Assembly: GCA_051532035.1 (NCBI GenBank)
Contig: JAOPTW010000004.1
Coordinates: 1 to 43,935, forward strand
Direction of reading: 5' to 3'
Source: Fibrobacterales bacterium
GTDB taxonomy: Bacteria; Fibrobacterota; Fibrobacteria; Fibrobacterales; JAOPTW01
Length of the DNA: 43,935 nt
Numbering within the stretch: position 1 is the first letter of the stretch; each line of letters opens with the position of its first letter. Below the pieces are notes generated by a model. That model was not told where the DNA came from and searched no databases. It saw only the letters and a list, made by a program, of their open reading frames with translations. Shown here piece by piece: positions 8,236-16,501 of this stretch. The position numbers and the translations under genes were made by a program.

Positions 8236-10980
8236 ATGGCAATTAAGGTAATGTCTTCTGGTGCAGAAGGAGTGATTCTGTCATATGATTTTTACTTCAA
8301 TACTTCTTTTGAAGAACTTGCAGAGATGGATTATACATTTTTTGTTTCTGTTGAGTTTTTCTCTGTCAAAAATCAACGACTGTATGAAGGGTGCTATTAT
8401 TCCTTTACTACTGCTGAAATAGAGGATGATGGGGGCTATGGCAAATATTCCATGAAGCCAAACATGCTTTTAGAAGTGGAAGAAAGTCCGGTTTATAAAA
8501 TATCTATCGGCTATAAGTGTGGTGAGTTTGATTTGTGGGAGAGTAACGGTGCTATACCGATACTGTCACAAACAATCGATTATGAAGAAGAATTAGTAAA
8601 TCTCTATAATATTCGTGGCATAGAGCAAGAGATGATTAGTGCGGGAGGCGTTTGGCAGCAGGGAACATCGTTTATTGATGATGCGACAAATGCTGCTGTC
8701 TTTTTAAGGGTTTTGCCGGAAATAGCTGGTCATATTGATATTCATACTCACTTACAAAGTAATCATTGTGCACCGCTTCCTCTTGTGTGGGATAAAGCAG
8801 CATGGCTGAGTTTTGATTCAGATACACTCGATACTTTAGCTCCGATTGCAACATCCGAATTTGGTGCAACTGCAAATAAGCCGACTGATGATATTACAAA
8901 AATTTGTGTGAAACATCTTAAGAATACGCTTGTAAGTGAGGTGTTCGATTGTTACGATGTGATGCCAGTAAAAATTGCAAATTGCGTTGGAATGGACATG
9001 GATTTTGGGCATTACTTTGGTTATTATGGTGTTCCAATGTATCAAATATATTACGAGACCCCTCAAGGGTGGGTAACTCAAAAGCCTGATAACTATATAA
9101 AAGGGGTGACAAATAGAGAGATTACAGTTCCCTTGACAAAGTATAATCATTCGAAATTTCAGTTAAATGTTATTGAATTATTTGGGACTGTTGTAAGTCG
9201 AACCAAGCTGGTAAAAAAGTTTGTGTCTTGGGCCTTCGGGTCACACAAAAAAATTGGTAACAATGAATGTCATGATTATGTGTTAAAAAAAGTGAATGTA
9301 GATCTGTTTGAAGATTGGGATGAGCAGATAGAGTCTTACCATAAAGGTACAGTAAATAACCCATTAGAAATTCTTTCATTCTTTCATTTGGACCCAAGAA
9401 GGTATTATTTAACTGAACCTGATGAGCCAAACCATTTTCTGACAGATATAAATGAAGTGTTTGAAAGAATAGTTCAGTGTGATGAGTTTAATGAATTAGC
9501 TGGCTCTGAGGTTGGTGGTGGTTCAATTGGTATAAAAATGTATACTGCACTTGGGTATGCACCAATTGATCCATTTGTAAAAGAAGTTCAGGATGCCGTC
9601 TATAAAAAGTGCGTTGACAATAACTTGGGTATTATTTGTCATAATTCACCTGAAGGATTTTATTCCTGCGATAGAGCTCGATATTATGACCTGTTGGCTA
9701 ATGATGGAAAAATAAACCCCGATTCAGATGGCTCTGAAAATTATGATTTGGATGCAGGGCTCCCTAGTAACCCTGAAGGTACCTTTCCCAAATATTTATA
9801 TTATCAAACCAAAAATGGCATTGAGAAAAAAGTCCCTAAAAAAGAGGAAGAAAAAATATATTGGTATAATCAAAATTATACCAATCCTGAATGTTGGAGA
9901 AAGGTAGTTGACGCCCCTAAATACAAATATTTAAAAGTGTGTTTGGCTCACTTTACAGGGTTACAGCATTTTGATGAAAAACGAAAAGGGCGAAATCTTA
10001 AAAAATATGACCCCTTTGATCATAAAAACTTTTTTAATGGTGTCATTCAAAAAATAGTAACAGTTATGTCTCCCTATGGGCCGGCAGTAGAGTACACAAG
10101 GATTAAAAACAAGCACTATCCTTCGTTTAATCTGATTGAAAGTGAGTTGGCGAAACATGCTGATAAAGTGAAAGATGGAGAAGTTATAGATGAGACGGAT
10201 GCCAATAAAACTGTAGATCCATTTAAAACCTATAAAAATGTATATGATTTGATGACGATGATATCAAAGGACAATAGGCTCTTTTTTGATATATCATATG
10301 CTATTATGAATGAAAACCATGCAAACGGTTTATTAAGGTTCTTTGTATGGGCAAAGCTGTATAAGCCTATTGTTTTAGAAAGAATATTGTGGGGAACGGA
10401 TTGGCCTCTTATTGGTGCCGAAAAAGAAATTAACAAAGGTTTATTTAAAACAATTGGACGAAGAATTAAGGTAGAAGGACGTTTCAAGGGGGCTGGTTGG
10501 GTTGCGTTCCTAGTTCCTGTGTTACTGCCTGTCGTTCTGAAAATTGTAAAACCGAGTGGAAAAGGGTCAATGGACTCCTACTCAATTTTTGAACCTTACA
10601 ATGAGCACAATTTTCAATTCTTTAAATTGTTGAATGAATTAATTAAGCCTAAAACAGATGACCCTGATGAAACTGAATTTGCAGATGAAGCATTGAAAGG
10701 CTTTCAATATAGAGACTTAGGTGATTTTGGTTTAGAATTGTGGATTAGGTTTACTTATTTGAATACGATGCAGTTTATAGGTATGAGTGGGAAAGAATCC
10801 GATAAAAACCTAATGAGTTCTTTAGATAAAGTAGATGAAATTTTTACGAAATTAAAATCTAAAAAGTTGCTAAAAGAAAGAATACAGAAATTGAAATTTG
10901 AGATGGATGCTAAATCAGATGACTTTAATAAAGATAAGTTTGAGATATTTCTAAAATCAAACTTATTTAAAAGTGAATAG
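8236..10980 (+). CDS. Large amidohydrolase-superfamily (Amidohydro_2-like TIM barrel) protein with N-terminal extension and insertions
   Basis: Ordered motifs IDIHTH, GIKMYTALGY, IICHNS, LKVCLAHFTG, LFFDISY, ERILWGTDWP across 914 aa. Confidence 0.75.
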   Translation: MAIKVMSSGAEGVILSYDFYFNTSFEELAEMDYTFFVSVEFFSVKNQRLYEGCYYSFTTAEIEDDGGYGKYSMKPNMLLEVEESPVYKISIGYKCGEFDLWESNGAIPILSQTIDYEEELVNLYNIRGIEQEMISAGGVWQQGTSFIDDATNAAVFLRVLPEIAGHIDIHTHLQSNHCAPLPLVWDKAAWLSFDSDTLDTLAPIATSEFGATANKPTDDITKICVKHLKNTLVSEVFDCYDVMPVKIANCVGMDMDFGHYFGYYGVPMYQIYYETPQGWVTQKPDNYIKGVTNREITVPLTKYNHSKFQLNVIELFGTVVSRTKLVKKFVSWAFGSHKKIGNNECHDYVLKKVNVDLFEDWDEQIESYHKGTVNNPLEILSFFHLDPRRYYLTEPDEPNHFLTDINEVFERIVQCDEFNELAGSEVGGGSIGIKMYTALGYAPIDPFVKEVQDAVYKKCVDNNLGIICHNSPEGFYSCDRARYYDLLANDGKINPDSDGSENYDLDAGLPSNPEGTFPKYLYYQTKNGIEKKVPKKEEEKIYWYNQNYTNPECWRKVVDAPKYKYLKVCLAHFTGLQHFDEKRKGRNLKKYDPFDHKNFFNGVIQKIVTVMSPYGPAVEYTRIKNKHYPSFNLIESELAKHADKVKDGEVIDETDANKTVDPFKTYKNVYDLMTMISKDNRLFFDISYAIMNENHANGLLRFFVWAKLYKPIVLERILWGTDWPLIGAEKEINKGLFKTIGRRIKVEGRFKGAGWVAFLVPVLLPVVLKIVKPSGKGSMDSYSIFEPYNEHNFQFFKLLNELIKPKTDDPDETEFADEALKGFQYRDLGDFGLELWIRFTYLNTMQFIGMSGKESDKNLMSSLDKVDEIFTKLKSKKLLKERIQKLKFEMDAKSDDFNKDKFEIFLKSNLFKSE

Positions 10981-10982
10981 AA

Positions 10983-12110
10983 GTGAGAATACTTAAAAAT
11001 ATTTTATTAACACTATCAATAGGTTTTTTGATAAGTTGTTATCAACCAATTGGAGACATTACAGTGGCAAAAGATGGACATTTAGAAATTGATGTGGATT
11101 ATTCTGTAGAATATTTGACGCATGGTTGGGGTGATTCAGAATATATCACAAATAGTGATGGCAGTTCTTTAGTTACATTAAAAATAGATGATGGGCAATT
11201 AAAAAGTAATAGAAAGTCGTTTTCAGATGTTCCTTTGAAGTCTTCTTTTAGAATTATTCAAGTGAATGAGGCCCAAGCTATTCTAAAATATGGTAGAGGA
11301 TTCCATCTTGTTGATCTTGGTTCTGAATCATCTGAAAGGGTCTTCACTGCAGACCTAGATCAAAATAGTGGGAACGATACCTGGTTGGTGATTGATGAAG
11401 ATGCAAAAAATTTTTATTGTAAATTTCGGTTATATGGGGGCAAAGAGAATAGGACTCAGATATTAAAATTAAACCTTGATACAAAAGAAGAACACTGGTA
11501 CACACTTTCTCCAACATCTCGAGTAATACCTGGAAGTAATAATTTTCTAATTAAAACATATGCCATGGTAAAGAATAAAAAGAGTGGCTTGTCTTGGGCG
11601 CTGTTAAATTTTGATTTGAATGTAGCAGAGTCAAATGGAGGGATTGATTTCTTAAATGAAAAAGGTCTATTATTAGATGTTGGGGATATTAAAGTGGTTC
11701 CAGGAAAACAGGCTGCATTATTCCGCTATTACATAGAGCCTGTTGAGACTGTAGTTTACTCCTTGTCATGGGTTAATGGCGATGTAAAATTGATCCCAGT
11801 TGTACTTGAAGGTAAGTATTCTATTGATAATAGTACCTATGCATATGAAAATATGGTAGTATCACCAGATGGAAAACATGTTATACTTCACATAGAATAC
11901 GAGAAAAAACGTGAATTTGCTCATGAACTATACTATAGCCCAATTGAGATTGTGGATGGTAAACTCGTGACTTATTTTAAAAAAGTATTTTCTACAAATG
12001 GAAGAACGTATCTATCGCAAATGACGTGGTCGCGAACAAGTGATTCATTTATGGCCCTTGAGCAAAGTACTAAACTTCATTATTGGGAAGTGACAGATTT
12101 CTTGAAATAA
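10983..12110 (+). CDS. Hypothetical lipoprotein, beta-propeller-like (candidate immunity protein)
   Basis: GTG start 2 nt after the upstream stop, lipobox LISC, TolB/WD40-like VSPDGK and TWSRTS motifs. Confidence 0.7.
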   Translation: MRILKNILLTLSIGFLISCYQPIGDITVAKDGHLEIDVDYSVEYLTHGWGDSEYITNSDGSSLVTLKIDDGQLKSNRKSFSDVPLKSSFRIIQVNEAQAILKYGRGFHLVDLGSESSERVFTADLDQNSGNDTWLVIDEDAKNFYCKFRLYGGKENRTQILKLNLDTKEEHWYTLSPTSRVIPGSNNFLIKTYAMVKNKKSGLSWALLNFDLNVAESNGGIDFLNEKGLLLDVGDIKVVPGKQAALFRYYIEPVETVVYSLSWVNGDVKLIPVVLEGKYSIDNSTYAYENMVVSPDGKHVILHIEYEKKREFAHELYYSPIEIVDGKLVTYFKKVFSTNGRTYLSQMTWSRTSDSFMALEQSTKLHYWEVTDFLK

Positions 12111-12132
12111 AACTTTGCTACCTAAAGTTTAA

Positions 12133-12423
12133 AAAAGGTCTTTTAGTTATAAAGAGGTGTATGTTTCGCCCGATGGTTTAAGCATTGCTTTGCTTGTAAG
12201 TAAAAAAGGTAAATGGGGTAAAACACAAGAATTATATTACAGTCCAGTTGAAGTAGTTGATGGAAAACATGTCACACTCTTTAAAAAAGTACTTGATGTT
12301 GGAGAGGAAAAGACAGTTACTGGGTTTACCTGGTCAAGAACAGGAAAAGAATTTGTAGTTATCTCAAACAATAGAATGTTGTATCAATTTGATATTGAAA
12401 ACCTTAAGAAAAAATTGTTGTGA
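12133..12423 (+). pseudogene. Headless paralogous fragment of the C-terminus of the upstream lipoprotein
   Basis: Shares VSPDG, ELYYSPxExVDGKxVTxFKKV and TWSRT with 10983..12110. Similarity continues upstream of the GTG at 12157 to an in-frame TAA at 12130. No signal peptide. Confidence 0.7.
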
Positions 12424-12586
12424 GTATTGGTTATAAACTTTATTACTAGACTTTGTTAAGTCTTAGCGTACAAATTTTTTAAGAAAGACATATGCAGAAA
12501 ACTTTATAATAACCATATCAGGCATGCCCCTCTTGTCTCAGATCAAAATAAAGTGTGTATTAAGGCTGGAATTGACAAGTACTGCC

Positions 12587-12652
12587 CTTGACTATTTTGC
12601 AGTGAAATGCCGAAAAGTCTTGACTATTTTGCAATACATTGTAAATTAGTCA
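12587..12652. promoter_or_regulatory. Direct repeat plus imperfect palindrome (operator/promoter) abutting the ATPase start codon
   Basis: CTTGACTATTTTGCA at 12587-12601 and 12619-12633. TGACTATTTTGCAAT-AC-ATTGTAAATTAGTCA (12621-12652) is a 13/15 inverted repeat. Confidence 0.65.
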
Positions 12653-12653
12653 T

Positions 12654-13775
12654 ATGGATAGAATGCAAAAAGACCGGATATTAGCTGATTTACACAAAAA
12701 AATGGTGTTTTTGTGTGGTCCTCGTCAAGTGGGCAAAACATGGCTTTCAAAACAGATTTTGAAAGAGTATAAAGACCCTTTGTATCTTAACTTCGATTCA
12801 GAAGATGATCGAGAAATAATAGAAAATCGATCATGGCTACCTAAAACAGATCTATTGATTTTTGATGAACTTCATAAAATGAATGAGTGGAAAAATTATC
12901 TAAAAGGTGTTTTTGATACAAAAGATGATCACCTTCATATTTTGGTAACGGGTTCAGCTCGTTTAGAGACTTTTAGACAAAGTGGAGACTCGTTAGCAGG
13001 TCGTTTTTTTAGACATAGACTTCTTCCTTTTTCGCTTTCTGAATTATCTGGCTCGAAGTCCATGGGGTCAATAAGCCGATTAATAAGCCGCGGTGGCTTT
13101 CCAGAACCTTTGTTATGTAATGAGGAGGTTGATGCAAAGCGGTGGAGAAATCAATATGTTGACGGGTTGATACGTACTGATATTTTGGATTTTGAAAAAG
13201 TTCATGATTTTAAGGCGATACAAATGGTATTGTCTCTTTTACAGAAAAGAGTGGGCTCTCCTGTTTCGTTCTCTAGTATTGCACAAGATGTTGGTGTTGC
13301 GCCAAATACGGTTAAAAAGTATATAGAAATTTTTGAATCACTATATATTGTATTTAGAGTAACTCCCTATTCCAAAAATATTGCACGCTCAATATTAAAA
13401 GAGCCTAAGGTTTATTTTTATGATACTGCTATGGTAAATGGTGACGATGGTGCTTGTTTTGAGAATCTTGTGGCGTTGAGTTTGTTAAAGCATTGTTATG
13501 GCTTGCAAGATTATAAAGGGAGCCATGTGAATCTACATTATCTAAGAACGAAGGATAAAAAAGAAGTTGATTTTTGTCTGGTTGAAGAGGATGTTCCGCA
13601 GCTGATGATTGAGGTTAAAAATGGAAAGTCTGCATTGAGTAAAACAGTTGTTGAATTCAATACTAAATATAATATTCCAGGCATGATGCTTTTCAGGAAT
13701 ATAAAACATGAAAAAATTGAGCAGGGTATAGAGTTCAGAAAGGCTGAAACTTTCTTGAAAGAGTTGTATTTATAA
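12654..13775 (+). CDS. AAA_14 ATPase with C-terminal DUF4143 domain
   Basis: GPRQVGKT, LLIFDELH, VTGSA, SLAGR, GGFPEP, PKVYFYDT, FENLV, EVDF, IEVK. Confidence 0.92.
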   Translation: MDRMQKDRILADLHKKMVFLCGPRQVGKTWLSKQILKEYKDPLYLNFDSEDDREIIENRSWLPKTDLLIFDELHKMNEWKNYLKGVFDTKDDHLHILVTGSARLETFRQSGDSLAGRFFRHRLLPFSLSELSGSKSMGSISRLISRGGFPEPLLCNEEVDAKRWRNQYVDGLIRTDILDFEKVHDFKAIQMVLSLLQKRVGSPVSFSSIAQDVGVAPNTVKKYIEIFESLYIVFRVTPYSKNIARSILKEPKVYFYDTAMVNGDDGACFENLVALSLLKHCYGLQDYKGSHVNLHYLRTKDKKEVDFCLVEEDVPQLMIEVKNGKSALSKTVVEFNTKYNIPGMMLFRNIKHEKIEQGIEFRKAETFLKELYL

Positions 13776-13964
13776 TCGCTACTTAAGTATTAACAACGTT
13801 TCTTCATAGTAATTGTGGTTCAGGCACTAGTCTGGTCGAGGAGCTTAGGTGTATTACGCCATACAACTTTGTACTAAAATCTCTCCTGTGTAAATCCTGT
13901 TTTACAATAAGCCTCAAAAGCTCTCAAATACTACTTTATGGTCATAATAAGAAATGAGGGCTCT

Positions 13965-16415
13965 ATGAAACTTATTACTGGGGTAGTGGTTTTACTATTT
14001 ATTCTCACCAGTTGCTTTAATGCTGGGGTGAGTGATACTAATCAAGAAACGGCAGAACGTGATGACTCTAATGTTGTTACCGTTAATTTGGAGATACTAC
14101 TCGGACAACATCAGTTTGATAGTATTCGTTATGACGTCGTTTTAGACGAAGGTGATAACTTTGAGGGCTCACTTGATGTGGATTCTGATGATGCACAGGT
14201 TTCGATTGAGATTGAAGTTCCCTGGGGTGTAAAGAGCACTATTACCTATTATTGCTATGTCGATGATGTGGTAGCCGCAGGAAACAATGAGACTGTACAG
14301 ACTGTTGTGGAGGCAACTATAGCCTCATCTCCTGACTATGTTCCTGTAGTTACGCACAATGTTTCTGAGTACAGTGTAAAGATAGATGAAAACTTTCAAT
14401 TTGATTTTGAGGTTGATGATATATCTTCTTCCCTAAAATATGAGTATGACTTTTTAGGTGATGGTACCTTTACCAAGGTTAATCAGCATGTATATCGTAC
14501 GAAAGGCTCCTATGATGCAGTTATAACAATAGATGATGGTATTAATGTTGTCATGGTACCTGTTGAGGTTATAGTGTTAGATCATGAACGGGCTACTGAT
14601 GCTGAGTCAAGTGAACAGTCTGCTGCCTCAAGTGCCGATATAAGTTCATCGAGTGAGGAAGCGTCAACGAAGTATAGTATTCAATATATCAGCCCTATAG
14701 GTGGAGATGTTGTAGGAGCTGAAGTGATAGTTGCTGGTGACGAGGTTACGCTTTCTTATGTGGAAAAGCCTGGTTATCAATTTGAGACATTTGTAGTAGA
14801 TTCAGGGAGTGCTATTCTTGACGGCTCTCTTCTTTCTGAAGTTCAATCAGATGTACTTGTTACAGCCTTATTTATTTCAAAAAAATATGTACTTAGTTTT
14901 GACGTGGTCGGCACTTGTGGCACAATAACATTGACGAACGGCCTTGAATATACGGTCGATGCTGAAGATCTAACTATTGAAACGACATTAGATGATAACT
15001 GTAATGTCTACTATTTTTCGGGTGATCTCAATATGATTGATGGGACCATTAATGGGATTTCGCATGATGGGCTTATGACTGAAAATGATACTCTTGTGGT
15101 GACGGTTACTTTTACAGAGGCCGTAATAGAACAAACAAATATTTCGATTGAGTGCTACCTCGATGGAACAAAGCAGGCGAGTTGTAATGAGATATTTGGT
15201 TCTGTAGAGCCTGCCCTGTTTACCTTGTCAGAAGACGATACTCACAAACAAATAATTCAGGTCTCTCATGTGGGGTATCAATTTATTGAATTTACTGCCC
15301 AAACAAATGTTCAAATTAAGGGCGATACAGCCATTTTTAAAGAGGGTTCTGTGCCTGGTGTGGTGAACGCTTATTTTGAAACTAAAGAGTTTGATATTAC
15401 GGTTTTAGAAGGTGCTAATGGCACTATAACTCAATCGACTATTACTACTACCGTTGGAGTTGAAGAGACAGTGACGGTAAATGCATCAGCGAATTTAGGA
15501 TATACCTTTGATGGATGGGACGTGATAAACTGCACCATTGCCAGTGGGTACGAGATGAGGGCAGATCAGGTGCGTTTTAGGTGTACTGATGAAGGATCTG
15601 TTGAGGCTCGTTTTAAAGGGTTGCCGCCTACGAGTATCAGTATTGATAACGGGCCGGGCACTATGGCGTTGGGTGCTTCAAATATAATCCTTAGTTACAC
15701 AATCTTACCCAATAGTACACCAAATAAACAAGTGCTTTGGGCGTCGAGTAATGGTGATATTGTGCGGGTAGCAAATGGTGTACTCGAAGCGGTTGCAGGA
15801 GGGAGTGTTGATATAACAGCAACTACAGTAGATGGGGCCCGAACACACTCTATTTCAGTGATAGTAGATTCACTGTTGGATACACGAGTTGATGTCCTTG
15901 GTGGGAAAAAAATGTATAAAATAGTCAGGATCAATGATGTCGTGTGGATGGCAGATAATTTGGATTATAGAAAAAAAGGAAATTGTGGTGGGATGGGGGA
16001 TGACCGTTGTGATGAGTTTGGTAGCTATTATCGCTATGATTCGGTTGCAACAGCCTGCCCTGCCGGATGGAGCGTTCCGAGTAAATCGGATTGGGAGAGC
16101 TTCGAGCAGTTTGTAGATGGAGATAATGGAGGGAGTGACAATGATGCAGGCCGTTCCCTTAAAGCCTATAGGGCAGGATGGACAGGTAACTATGCTGGGA
16201 ATCCATATACATTTAATGCACTTCCCAGTGGTTATAGTACCTATACGGGGGCGCCAAATATGAGTGGTGCTCATTGGTGGTCTTCAACCTATCACTCAGA
16301 GAACGGGACTTTTAAGATACCAAACTATTGGACTGCTTCGATTTCGGGTGATGCCTTATCTATTGGCTATAATGTATCTGGTGATTCTTTACCACTGAGG
16401 TGTATTCAGGATTAG
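13965..16415 (+). CDS. Surface lipoprotein with PKD/InlB-B/Ig-like modules and a C-terminal FISUMP (Fibrobacter succinogenes major paralogous) domain
   Basis: Lipobox LTSC after ATG 13965 (GAGGG RBS). YDFLGDG (PKD-like), GYxFxGW repeats, Big_2-like NKQVLWASSN...ITATTVDG, then YKIVRINDVVWMADNLDY...CPAGWSVPS...FNALPSG...WWSS...LRCIQD. Confidence 0.85.
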   Translation: MKLITGVVVLLFILTSCFNAGVSDTNQETAERDDSNVVTVNLEILLGQHQFDSIRYDVVLDEGDNFEGSLDVDSDDAQVSIEIEVPWGVKSTITYYCYVDDVVAAGNNETVQTVVEATIASSPDYVPVVTHNVSEYSVKIDENFQFDFEVDDISSSLKYEYDFLGDGTFTKVNQHVYRTKGSYDAVITIDDGINVVMVPVEVIVLDHERATDAESSEQSAASSADISSSSEEASTKYSIQYISPIGGDVVGAEVIVAGDEVTLSYVEKPGYQFETFVVDSGSAILDGSLLSEVQSDVLVTALFISKKYVLSFDVVGTCGTITLTNGLEYTVDAEDLTIETTLDDNCNVYYFSGDLNMIDGTINGISHDGLMTENDTLVVTVTFTEAVIEQTNISIECYLDGTKQASCNEIFGSVEPALFTLSEDDTHKQIIQVSHVGYQFIEFTAQTNVQIKGDTAIFKEGSVPGVVNAYFETKEFDITVLEGANGTITQSTITTTVGVEETVTVNASANLGYTFDGWDVINCTIASGYEMRADQVRFRCTDEGSVEARFKGLPPTSISIDNGPGTMALGASNIILSYTILPNSTPNKQVLWASSNGDIVRVANGVLEAVAGGSVDITATTVDGARTHSISVIVDSLLDTRVDVLGGKKMYKIVRINDVVWMADNLDYRKKGNCGGMGDDRCDEFGSYYRYDSVATACPAGWSVPSKSDWESFEQFVDGDNGGSDNDAGRSLKAYRAGWTGNYAGNPYTFNALPSGYSTYTGAPNMSGAHWWSSTYHSENGTFKIPNYWTASISGDALSIGYNVSGDSLPLRCIQD

Positions 16416-16450
16416 ATGTTCAGGCAGAATATTGTATAATTTTTGGTACT

Positions 16451-16480
16451 AAAAAGGGCCACTCAACGAGTGGCCCTTTT
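16451..16480. terminator. Bidirectional intrinsic terminator
   Basis: AAAAAGGGCCACTC-AAC-GAGTGGCCCTTTT between convergent genes. Confidence 0.9.
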
Positions 16481-16501
16481 GTATGGGGTCATTTCAAATT
16501 G

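Noticed and set aside
12587..12633. Direct repeat as a CRISPR remnant or att site
   Set aside because: Only two 15-bp copies with a 17-bp spacer, and no cas or integrase gene. An operator explains it better.
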